Below are positions 1 through 9,584 of a stretch of 34,888 bases of DNA, piece by piece. Position 1 is the first letter of the stretch. Each line of letters opens with the position of its first letter. This stretch comes from Thermodesulfobacteriota bacterium (lineage in GTDB: Bacteria > DASVDK01), in contig DASVDK010000124.1 of NCBI GenBank assembly GCA_036381125.1, positions 1 through 34,888 on the forward strand, written 5' to 3'. A model generated the notes under the pieces. The model searched no databases. It saw only the letters and a list, made by a program, of their open reading frames with translations, and had not been told where the DNA came from. The position numbers were made by a program, and so were the translations under genes.

Positions 1-789
1 TACCTCGCGTACCGCCTCGTCGAGCCGGGCGACCAGCCGGCCTTCGCGCGCCTCGTCGAGCGCCTGTTCTCGGGACAGCTCGCCGAGCTCGGCTGGGAGC
101 CGACGGCCGGCGAGAGCCAGGAGACGGCCGTCCGGCGCGCCACGGTCATCGCGGCGCTCGGCGACACCGCCCGCCTCCCGGAGGTGCTCGCCGAGGCCGA
201 GCGGCGGCAGCCGGCCGAGCAGGCCGACCCCCGCGCGATCGAGCCGAACCTCGCCGGCCTCGTCGTGCGGCTCGCCGCGCGCCGAGGCGACGGGGCCCGG
301 TTCGACGCCTACGTCGAGACCTACACGCGGCGCAAGGCCGCGGGCGCGCCGCCCCAGGAATCGGCGCGCTACCTGTACGCGCTCCCCTGCTTCGAGTCGC
401 AGGACGTGATCCTGAGGCTCCTGGGGTTGATCTTCCGCTCGGACGTCGTGCCGCAGGAGCAGATCGGCATCCTGCTGCAGCAGATGCTCGGCCAGAAGGC
501 GGCCCGGATGCCGACCTGGCAGGCCATCAAGTCGAACTGGGGCGACCTCAAGGCGAAGGTGGGGGCGATGGGGCTCTCCCGCCTCGTGCGGGCCACCTCC
601 GGGCTGCCGACCGAGGTGCGCCAGGACGTCGCCGACTTCTTCGGGAAGAACCCGGTCGAGGAGGCGCGGCGCGCACTCGCCCAGGCGCTCGAGAGCCTCG
701 ACCTCGACGCCGAGCTGATCGCCAGGGAGCGGGGCCGACTCGCCGGGTGGCTCAGGGCCGGGACGCCGGCCGGCGCGGCCGACGACTAG
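1..789 (+). CDS. M1 family aminopeptidase, C-terminal ERAP1-like domain (5' truncated by window edge)
   Basis: Frame 1 is open from base 1 (YLAYRLVEPGDQPAFARLVERLFSGQLAELGWEPTAGESQETAVRRATVIAALG...) to TAG at 787-789. LGWEP, ALPCF and W..IKSNW..L...VADFF..NPV match the ERAP1_C helical domain. Confidence 0.75.
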   Translation, partial: YLAYRLVEPGDQPAFARLVERLFSGQLAELGWEPTAGESQETAVRRATVIAALGDTARLPEVLAEAERRQPAEQADPRAIEPNLAGLVVRLAARRGDGARFDAYVETYTRRKAAGAPPQESARYLYALPCFESQDVILRLLGLIFRSDVVPQEQIGILLQQMLGQKAARMPTWQAIKSNWGDLKAKVGAMGLSRLVRATSGLPTEVRQDVADFFGKNPVEEARRALAQALESLDLDAELIARERGRLAGWLRAGTPAGAADD

Positions 790-821
790 GCACTGTCCGC
801 GCCGCCCGGACGCCGCCTCGG

Positions 822-827
822 TATACT
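822..827 (+). promoter_or_regulatory. candidate sigma70 -10 element (TATACT) for the CheB/CheR hybrid kinase
   Basis: TATACT in a GC-rich intergenic region about 70 nt upstream of ATG 897; no clear -35. Confidence 0.35.
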
Positions 828-896
828 CGGAGGGCGCGTGCGACGGCTCTCCACGCGCGCACCCGGAGTTCCGATGCCCCGGGTACCGAGGGCGGC

Positions 897-3800
897 ATGA
901 GCGGAGCCAGACGGTCGGCGCGCCGGCGGCGCGGCGGCACCGACGGCACCCCGGAGGACGCGGGCGAGTCGCCCGTGCGGGCCACGGACGAGCCCGGCGA
1001 CCAGGCGCCGGCGCGGGTCGACGACCGGGCCGGCGAGGGGCCGGCGGCCGTGCCCATCCGCGTCGTCGGCATCGGGGCGTCGGCGGGCGGGCTCGAGGCG
1101 ATGACCGACCTGCTCGGTCACCTCCCGCCGACACCGGCATGGCCTTCGTCCTGGTGCAGCACCTCGACCCGGCGCACGAGAGCCTGCTCGCCCCGCTGCT
1201 CGCCCGCGTCACCGACATGCCGGTCGTCACGGCCGCGGACGGGATGCCGGTCGAGCCGGACCACGTCTACGTGATCCCGCCGGACGGGGCGCTCGGGGTC
1301 GACGGGATGCGCCTGTGGCTGTCGCGGCGCGGCCACGCGCCCGAGGCCCACTACACCGTCGACACGTTCCTCCGCTCGCTCGCGGCCGCCCAGCGGCACC
1401 TCGCCGTCGCGGTCGTCCTCTCCGGCGCCGACAGCGACGGCGCCCTCGGCGTGACGGCCGTGAAGGGGCAGGGCGGCGTGGTGCTGGCCCAGGAGCCGGC
1501 CTCGGCGGGCCACCCCGGGATGCCGTGCCACGCCATCGCCACGGGGTGCGTGGACTTCGTCGGCACGCCCGACGAGCTGGCCGCGGAGCTCGGCCGCCTG
1601 GCCGCGACCTCCCCCGAGGCGCTCCTGGAAGCGCCGGCGGCCACCGACGGCACGATCCGGCAGGTCTTCCAGGTCCTGCAGTCCGCCACCGACGTCGACT
1701 TCGCCTGCTACAAGCCCTCCACCGTCCACCGCCGCCTCGCGCGCCGGATGGCGCTCGTCGGGGTGCAGGACCTCCGCGACTACCTGCGGTACCTGCAGGA
1801 GCGCCCGGCCGAGGTCGACGCGCTCTACCAGGACCTGCTCATCAACGTGACGCGGTTCTTCCGCGACGCCGAGGCGTTCGACGTCCTCGCGGAGAAGGCC
1901 TGGCCGACCATCCTCGAGGCCCGCCGGCAGGCGGATCGGCCGATCCGCATCTGGGTGCCCGGCTGCTCCACGGGCGAGGAGTGCTACTCGCTGGCGATCT
2001 GCCTCTTCGAGTACCTCGACGCCCACGCGCCGGGGACGCCGGTGCAGATCTTCGGCACCGACGTGAGCGACCGGATGCTCGAGCGGGCCCGGGCCGGCGT
2101 CTACCCGGAGGACATCACGCTCGACGTCCCCGCGGAGCGGCTGCGCCGCTACTTCGTCAAGGTCGACGGCGGCTTCCAGGTGGCCAGGCCGGTTCGCGAC
2201 AGTTGCATCTTCGCCAGCCAGAACCTGACGCGCGACCCGCCCTTCTCGGGCCTCGACCTGATCAGTTGCCGCAACGTGCTCATCTACCTGACCGTGCAGG
2301 CGCAGCGGCGGATCGTGCCGGTCTTCCACTTCGCGCTCCGCCCGAACGGCTTCCTCCTCCTCGGCAGCTCGGAGACGGTCGGGCCGCACGCCGACCTCTT
2401 CCGGTTGGTCGACACGGCCCGGAGCCTCTACGCGAAGGAGCCGGTCCCGACCCGCTTCGACTGGGAGGTCGCCCGGATCGAGCCGCGCGAGTCGCGGGCG
2501 GGCGCCCCCGTGGAGTCGCCGCAGCGGCCGCACATCGACCTCCGGAGCGAGGCCGTCCGCGAGGGGGAGCGCCAGCTCCTCGACCGCTTCGCCCCGCCGG
2601 GCGTCCTCGTCACCGAGGCCCTCGAGGTCGTCTACGTGCGGGGCGACACCGGCGCGTTCCTCGCGCCGTCGCCCGGCGAGGCGAGTCTCAACCTCCTCAA
2701 GCTCCTGAAGCCCGGCCTCCTGCCGGGGGTGCCGCGTGTGCTCCGCGCGGCCCGGGGCCGGACGGAGGTGCTGCGCCGAAAGGCGGGGCGCGTGGAGATC
2801 GACGGCCGCTCTCGCGAGGTGGCGATCGAGGTGGTTCCCGTCCCGAGCCGCTCCCGGCCGTTGCACTACCTCGTCCTGTTCGACGCGTCCCCCGGGGCGC
2901 GTGGGGCCGGGCGGCCCCGGGCGCGCGCGAGCGTGTCCCGCTCCGGCGCGAGCCGGCGGATCGCCGAGATGGAGGCGGAACTCGAGGACGCCCAGGAGGC
3001 GCTCCGCACCGTCGTCGACGAGCAGGCCGGCGTCAACGAGGAGCTCAGGGCCGCCAACGAGGAGGTGGTTGCGAGCAACGAGGAGCTGCACGCCACCAAC
3101 GAGGAGCTGGAGGCGGCTCGCGAGGAGCTTCAGGCGACCAACGAGGAGCTGGCCACCCTCAACGAGCAGCTCCAGAGCCGCAACCGGGACCTGAACCAGC
3201 TCACCAACGACCTCACGAACCTCCTCGCGAGCCTCAGCATGCCGATCGTCATGGTCGGGCGCGATCTCCGCTTCCGGCGGATCACGCCGCTCGCGACGCG
3301 CGTCCTCAACGTGCGCCCGAACGACGTGGGCCGGCCGGTGTCCGAGATCCGCACCGGCCTCACCGGGCCGCCGCTCGAGTCGCTCGTCCACGAGGTGCTC
3401 GACAGCCTCGCGGTCAGAGAGGTCGAGGTCGAGGACGCCGCCGGACGTCCGTGGCTCATGCGGATCCGCCCGTACAAGACCGACGATCAGCAGATCGACG
3501 GGGTCGTGATCGCGCTCGTCGACGTGAGCGACCTGCGGGCGGTCGCGGCCGGACTGCGCGGGGCGCGCGAGTACGCCGACGCGGTCGTCGCCATGGTGCG
3601 GCAGCCGCTGCTCGTCCTGGACCGGGACGGTAACGTCCGCCTCGCGGACCCCGGGTTCTGCCGGACCTTCCAGGCCCTGGAGGGGGAGGTGCTCGGGCGG
3701 CCGCTCGCGCAGATCTCGGGCGGGGCCTGGGAGCGCGCCGGCGTCACCCGCCTGGTCACGGACCCCCCGGCGAACGGGGACGAGGTTCGCGAGGCGGTGG

Positions 3801-5158
3801 TGGAGGAGGACTTCGCCCCGATCGGGCGACGCCGGCTGGTCGTCACTGCTCGGCGCATCGATGCGGAGTCCGGTGACGATCCTCTCGTGCTGGTGGCCGT
3901 CGACGACGTCACCGAGGGCTCGGCGCCGGGGAGGCGTCGCGACGCGGGCGCCGAGGAGAGCCTCGGCGACGAGCGCAGGGCTCGGGAGGAGGCCGAGGCC
4001 GCCAGCCGGGCCAAGGACGCCTTCCTGGCCACCCTCTCGCACGAGCTGCGCACGCCGCTCACCTCCATGCTCGGCTGGGTGAGCATGCTGCGGGGCGGCA
4101 GGCTCGATCCCGCGACCGTCAACCGGGCCCTGGCGGCGCTCGAGCGCAACACGAAGGTCCAGGTCCAGCTCATCGAGGACCTCCTCGACGTGTCGCGCGT
4201 GACGAGCGGAAAGTTCCGGATCGACTTCCGCCCGGTGGACCTGGCGGCCGTCGCGCGGGCCGCCGCCGACGTCGTCCGGCCGGCAGCCCTGGCCAAGGGG
4301 GTGCGCCTGGTCGTGCAGGCCGCTCCCGGCGTGACGGTCCTCGGCGACCGCGACCGATTGCAGCAGGCCGCCTGGAACCTCCTCTCGAACGCGATCAGGT
4401 TCACGCCGAGGGACGGCGAGATCCGCCTGTCCGTCTCCCGCGCGAACGGACAGGCCGAGCTGTCGGTGCGGGACACCGGAGCCGGCATCCCCTCGCAGCT
4501 GCTGCCCCAGGTCTTCGATCGCTTCCGCCAGCTCGGGGGCAACGCGACCCCGCCGCACGGCGGCCTCGGCCTCGGCCTCGTCATCGTCCGCCACATCGTC
4601 GAGCTGCACGGCGGCGTGGTGCGGGCGGAGAGCGACGGGCGGAACGAGGGCTCGACGTTCACGATCAACGTGCCGCTCGCGCCCCGGGCCGGCGTGGAGA
4701 CGGTCGAGGACGCGGCGGCCGGCCCACCCGTCCTCGTCGGCGAGGCGTCGCTCACCGGGGAGAACGTCCTTGCCGGGGTGCAGGTCCTCCTCGCGGAGGA
4801 CGAACCCGACGCGCGCGACATGCTGGCCGCCGCCCTGGCGCACTACGGTGCGCAGGCAACGGCCGTCGGCTCCGTTCGGGAGGCGCTCGCGGCGCTCGGC
4901 CGGCAGGTGCCCGACGTGCTCGTCGCGGACATCGCCATGCCGGAGGAGGACGGCTACGTCCTGATCCGGCGCGTGCGGGCCCTTCCGTACGACCGGGGGG
5001 GCCGGGTGCCGGCCCTGGCGCTGACGGCCTACGCGCGGGCGGAGGACGTCGAGCAGGCGAAGGCGGCCGGCTTCAACGTCCACCTCGCCAAGCCGATCGA
5101 GCCGGCCGTCCTGGCGCTCACCGTGGCGCAACTCGCCGGGCCGCGCACCGGCCGCTAG
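897..5158 (+). CDS. CheB-CheR-PAS-histidine kinase-receiver hybrid sensor; single-base frameshift near 1124-1130 (possible sequencing error)
   Basis: The 897 frame gives VVGIGASAGGLEA (CheB Ser). The 1139 frame continues MAFVLVQHLDP, SGADSDG, CheR motifs INVTRFFRD / IWVPGCSTGEE / LDLISCRNVLIY, NEEL coiled-coil heptads, PAS-like segments, H-box LSHELRTPL, NLLSNAIRF, GGLGLGL and a receiver domain (VLVADIAMP...KP). One added base restores HLP-A/P-DTGMAFV. Confidence 0.9.
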
Positions 5159-5224
5159 CCCCCGGCGCCCGGCAACCGGCCCGGGCCGTGCACGCCCCCC
5201 GAGGACACCGCAGAGGTGCGTCGC

Positions 5225-5827
5225 ATGCCGACCGCTCTCAGCCTCGACCGCCGGCTGGCGGAGATGGGCGCGGACCTCGATCTGCTGCGCTGGATCCGTG
5301 TCCATCACGACCTCCCGTCCGCATGGGCCGCCTGTCCGCGGGGCGACTGGCTCCTCTGGATCGCCGCGATCCTCGCCAGACGGCCGGAGGAGCAGCGAGC
5401 GGTCGTCCTCGCGGCAGCCGCCTGTGCCCGCCTGGCGCTCCCGTACGCCATCCGGCAGGTCCCCGGTCCGGAAACGGCCATCGAGGCGGCCGAGGGCTGG
5501 GGCCGCAGCCTCGCGTCGGGAGGCGTCGTCGACGCGGCGGCCAAGGGCGCCGCCTTCACCGTCATGGCGAGCCTGAGGGACGAACGCGCCTGGGCCGCGG
5601 CATCCGCCGCCTGGGCCAGCGCCTGGGCGGCTGTCTGGTTCGCCTATCAGGACGGCCACAGCGTCGGGGCCGCCCAGGCGGCCCGCCAGGCCGCGGAGGC
5701 GAGCGCGGAGGCGCACGGAGCGGCTGCGACCGCGGTCCTCGCGCGCTGCGCCGACATCGTCCGCGCGGGCGTCGCCTGCCCGACCATGCCGGCCGCGACT
5801 GCGACGGCCGGTGACGCCGCCTCCTGA
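5225..5827 (+). CDS. Ala-rich helical protein, Imm5-like putative immunity domain
   Basis: ORF with W..CPRGDWLLW followed by LAAAACARLALPY...PETAIEAAEGW, resembling the Imm5-like pattern AADCAE.VL...P..AIEAAR.W. Assigned from recall only. Confidence 0.5.
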   Translation: MPTALSLDRRLAEMGADLDLLRWIRVHHDLPSAWAACPRGDWLLWIAAILARRPEEQRAVVLAAAACARLALPYAIRQVPGPETAIEAAEGWGRSLASGGVVDAAAKGAAFTVMASLRDERAWAAASAAWASAWAAVWFAYQDGHSVGAAQAARQAAEASAEAHGAAATAVLARCADIVRAGVACPTMPAATATAGDAAS

Positions 5828-5893
5828 CGTCGGCCGGCCCGGGCGCCGGCCGCGAGGGGATGGAGGCGCCCGCCTGGCAGCCGCGCGCGGGCA

Positions 5894-5932
5894 AGTCTAG
5901 ACTCTGGCTCCAGAGTAAGGGTCCACTTACTC
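5894..5932. promoter_or_regulatory. cluster of three overlapping palindromes; candidate operator for the chelatase-like/TonB receptor operon
   Basis: AGTCTAGACT (5894-5903), CTCTGG-CT-CCAGAG (5902-5915) and GAGTAAG-N6-CTTACTC (5913-5932) lie in a lower-GC patch about 185 nt upstream of ATG 6116. Confidence 0.55.
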
Positions 5933-6115
5933 CACATCGCCCGGCGAGCGCATCGACCTCGCCGGCGCGACCCGCCAGCCAGCCGGTGCTCGCAGAGGCC
6001 GGCAGCCAGCCAGGCAACCGTCAGTCGACCCACAGGTTGACCGCGCATACGCCGCCGGAGGAGGGGACGAGCCTCCCCAAGCGCGGCGGCGCGTCGCGCG
6101 AGAGGAGCACCGACG

Positions 6116-7487
6116 ATGCACCTGGTGAGGCACGCCGTCGCGGCGTCCATCGGGCTGGCGCTGGCGCTCGGCTTCGGGCCGACCGCGCTTGCCGCCCCGC
6201 GGACCGACCCGGGCTTCCTCGTGATCGCCCCCGACCGGGGCTACGCCGGCAACGAGGAGGTTCGCGAGGCGTGGCGGGCGTTCCGCGAGGACCACCTGAC
6301 GCGCCTGGTCTTCGTGTCGCTCGCGCAGGACTACGAGACCGCGGTGCGCGACCGGCTGCGCGACGCGGTCGCCGAGCTTCGGGCGGAGGGGGCCGCGGCG
6401 CCGGTCTTCGGCCGCGATCCGCTGGCCGGGCAGATCCTCGAGGACCGTGCCCGCGCCCTGGCCCGCACGCGGTGCGGCCACGAGGGGGCGCACGGGAGCG
6501 GTCACCGGAGCGGCCACGGCGCACGCCGCGAGGAGGGGCGGCCCGACCGGCTCGTCGTGGTCGGCTTCGGCGCGACGAGCCGCGACGACGCCGACGCGAT
6601 GGCGCGCGACCTCGCGTCGTTGGCCGCGGGCGTTCGGCTTCAAGCACACCGCATCGATGCGGTTCGGCCGGCGGCTCGAGGCTCTCGTCGGCGGGCACGA
6701 CGTCGGCTACGACGGCCGCGAGATCCTCCCCGATCCGCTCGTCGCCCGCTGGCTGCGGAAGGTGGCGAGCCGGTACGTGCCGGTCCGCCGGGAACAGCTC
6801 GGCGTGGTGGTGATGCCGCACGGGGCGGGCGAGTACGTGAACGCGCCGATCCTCGCCGCCGTCGAGCCGCTCCGCGGCCGGTACAACCTCGAGGTTGCCT
6901 TCGGCATGGCCGACGTCGAAGGCTCGATGGGGATGGGCCACGGCCACGGCGGCGGGCCGTCTCGAGTCAGGAGCGGGGCGCTCCTCTTCACCGTCGGGGG
7001 GCTCGGCGCCGACCCGCTCGTCGCCGAGGTCCTGCTCGAGCGGATCCTCGAGGTGAGCCGCGAGCCGTCGCGCGAGACCGTGATCCTGCTCGCCCACGGC
7101 GCCGGCAGCGACGAGGACGACCGGCTCTGGCTCGAGCAGCTCGCCGAGCGCGCCGAGCAGATCCGCGCCAGGACGCCCGTGACGTTCCGCGCGATCGAGG
7201 TCGCGACGGTCCGCGAGGACCGGCCGGACAGGCGCGCGGCGGCGGTCGCGAGGGTGCGCCGCATGGTCGAGGAGGGGGCGCGCGACGGCTGCAGAGTCCT
7301 CGTCGTCTCGAACCGCATCTCCGGGCCCGGGCCGTATCGCCGGCTCCTCTCGGGTCTCGACTACGTGCTGAACGACCGCGGCATCGCGCCGCACCCGAAC
7401 CTCACGCGCTGGATGGAGGCGCAGATCGAGGCCTGGATGCGGGACCAGCTCGCCTCGTCGGGCGCCGGCGCGACCGGCGCGCAGTAA
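6116..7487 (+). pseudogene. exported CbiX/sirohydrochlorin-chelatase-fold protein, His-rich; frame change near 6630 and probable internal deletions
   Basis: RBS GAGGAG and a signal peptide (..GPTALA|A) precede GFLVIAPDRGY.GNEE. Coding switches from the 6116 frame to the 6447 frame, which carries class II chelatase-like motifs GVVVMPHG, VAFGMAD, ETVILLAHGAG, ATVRED and APHP, plus His-rich loops HEGAHGSGHRSGHG and MGMGHGHG. Confidence 0.7.
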
Positions 7488-7586
7488 CGCAGGGATCGAT
7501 CGAGCCAGCCACCCACGGGCCGGCCCTCCGGCTCGAGGCCGCACGCCACGTTGCCGACCCGGCCGGGTCCGGGTGGGGAGGGACGC

Positions 7587-9435
7587 ATGCGTGTCGGAAG
7601 GTCGTGGGGGTGGGGCCGGTCGCTCGCGGCGGCGGCCGCGCTGGTGATCGCGGCGCTCGGAACGTCGCCGGCCCATGGACAGGAGCCGCGCCCGGAGGCC
7701 TCGCCCGCGGAGACCCGCCGATCGTGCTGCCGGCGGTGACGGTCACGGCGACCAGGACGCCGCGCGCCGTCGAGGAGACGCCGGGGACCGTGTCGGTCAT
7801 CGGCGAGGAGGAGATCGAGCGGGAGCTCGCGCGGGACATCGAGGACCTCGTCCGGCACGAGCCGGGCGTGATGGTGCGGACCGACCCCAACCGGTACGGG
7901 AACGGCGGCTTCAACATCCGGGGCATCGACGGCAACCGGGTGGCGATCCAGGTGGACGGCGTACGCGTCCCCGACCAGCTCACCGGGACCATCCCGCTCA
8001 CGCGCGACTACGTGGACCTCTACCTCGCGCGGTTCGGCCGGCCGTGGTACGCGAGCGGCAAGGGGGCGTACTACTCGTCGAGCGAGACCTGGGCCGAGAC
8101 GGTGACCCTGGCCGGCCGGGCCGGTCCGCTCGACGCCCTCCTCCTCTTCACGCGGCGCGACGGACACGAGACCGAGAACAACGGCGCCATCCCCGCGAAC
8201 CCGAAGGACATCGTCTCGAGCAACCTCCTCGGCAAGCTCGTCTGGCGAGCGGGGGAGTCGAGCACGTTCCGCCTCACGGGGGAGTTCTTCGAGCGCGACA
8301 CGGAGACCGACGTGGCGAGCGATCGAACCGCCACGCTCCTCGCCCGCCTCGCCGAGGAGGAGACGCGGCGCAGCCGGGTGAGCCTGGCGCACGAGTACCG
8401 TGACGCCGGGGCCGGCCTCGTCCAGGGGGTCCGCTGGCAGCTCTACTACCAGGACGGCGAGACGCGCGACACCGCCGAGGAGCGCCGGATCGTGGGCGGC
8501 TCCGAGCGCCTCAGACCGATACCTGGCGCGCCGGCCTCTACGTGCAGGACGAGATCGGCGTCGGCCCCGCGGAGCGGCGCACGTCGATCATCCCCGCCGT
8601 CCGGCTCGAGTACTATCGCCTGAACCCGCGGCCGGACGCCGACTTCGCGCGGATCAACACGCGCGACGCCCTGGTCGACGAGGTCTCCGAGTTCGCCGTC
8701 TCCCCCAAGCTCGGCGTGATCGTCGGGCTCACGCAGGAGCTGTCCGCCTTCGTCCAGTACACCCGTGGGTTCCGCAGCCCGCCGTACGACGAGGTCGGCA
8801 CCGCCTTCACGAACTTCACGTTCGGCTACACGGTGCTGCCGAACCCGGACCTCGGGCCGGAGACGAGCGACGGCTTCGAGGTGGGCGTGCGCGGCGCGTA
8901 CCGGCCCGTTCGCTTCCGGCTCGTCGGCTTCTACAACCTGTACGACGACTTCATCGAGACGGTGCCGGTCGGCGAGGTCGACGGCCTCGACGCCTTCCAG
9001 GCGAGGAACCTCACCGAGGTGCGGATCTTCGGAGCGGAGGCGGAGGTGGAGATCGCGCTCGGCGCCTTCTGGTCGGCGCTGGAGGGGCTGAGCCTCCTCG
9101 GCGCCGCCGCCTACGCCGAGGGGGACAACGAGGAGACCGACCAGCCTCTCGACTCGGTCGCCCCGCCGAACGGCGTGGTCTCGCTCCGCTACCGGGAGCC
9201 GCGAGACCGCTGGGGGGCCGAGGTGGCGGCGTCGATCGTCGCGCCGAAGCACCGGGTCGCCGGCAGCGGCTCGAGCGGGTCGCCGTTTTGCACGCCCGGC
9301 TTCGTCACGGCGGACCTGACCGCGTACTGCAACGTCGGCAGGCGGGTGACGCTGGCGGCCGGCGTCTTCAACGTCCTCGACCTCTACACCCAGCCGGGTC
9401 GCCACGCGAGCGCGAGCGTGACCGTCCGCTTCTGA
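7587..9435 (+). pseudogene. TonB-dependent heme/hemoglobin-type receptor, frameshifted (about 7714 and 8515) with internal deletions
   Basis: RBS GGGAGGG, ATG 7587 and a signal peptide. Plug motifs VTVTATR, DLVRHEPGV and FNIRGIDGNRVAIQVDG lie in a second frame. A third frame has AGLYVQDE, GFRSP..NPDLGPETS (FRAP/NPNL-like) and a terminal Phe. The expected plug segment VE(I/V).RGP.S.LYG...GGV is absent after RDYVDL. Confidence 0.85.
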
Positions 9436-9471
9436 CCTCGCACGCCGGGGTCGGGCCCGGCGGTCTCGGCC

Positions 9472-9584
9472 TGGAAAATGGAAAGACCTGACCCCATGGA
9501 AAATGGAAAGACCTGACCCCATGGAAAATCGTGGGGGTCAGGTCTCAACGTTTTCCAGCGCGGAGAACGGAAAGGCCCGACCCC
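9472..9584. repeat. REP-like repeat cluster 1
   Basis: TGGAAAATGGAAAGACCTGACCCCA occurs twice in tandem (9472-9496, 9497-9521), then a partial copy, an inverted variant GGGGTCAGGTCTCAACGTTTTCCAG (9534-9558) and a degenerate copy CGGAGAACGGAAAGGCCCGACCCC (9561-9584). It lies between convergent genes. Confidence 0.9.

Noticed and set aside
788..802. sigma54 site upstream of the hybrid kinase
   Set aside because: GG-N10-GC spacing fits, but the -12 element lacks TT and overlaps the upstream stop codon; TATACT at 822 is a better candidate.
3030..3200. 21-bp periodic AACGAGGAGCT repeats as a DNA repeat element
   Set aside because: They encode the NEEL heptad coiled coil normal for CheB/CheR fusion proteins.
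1118..5716. Very long antisense and alternate-frame ORFs (e.g. 1118-5716 -, 11534-15721 -, 12208-16773 +, 17006-19480 -)
   Set aside because: Shadow ORFs expected at this GC content; Arg/Pro/Gly-rich with no motifs, overlapping well-supported genes.
5940..6110. Cobalamin riboswitch upstream of the chelatase-like/TonB operon
   Set aside because: Only a weak AGCCAGGCAACC resemblance to the 3' B12 box; no AGGGAA, GCCACTG or GGGAAG core found.
6116..8623. Single 835-aa chelatase-TonB receptor fusion ORF
   Set aside because: The middle is out-of-frame nonsense. The two genes have separate RBS and signal peptides and a stop at 7485-7487 in the true frame.
9472..9558. CRISPR array interpretation of the 25-bp repeats (also 22526-22601)
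   Set aside because: Units are directly adjacent with no spacers, include inverted copies and are dispersed; there are no cas genes.
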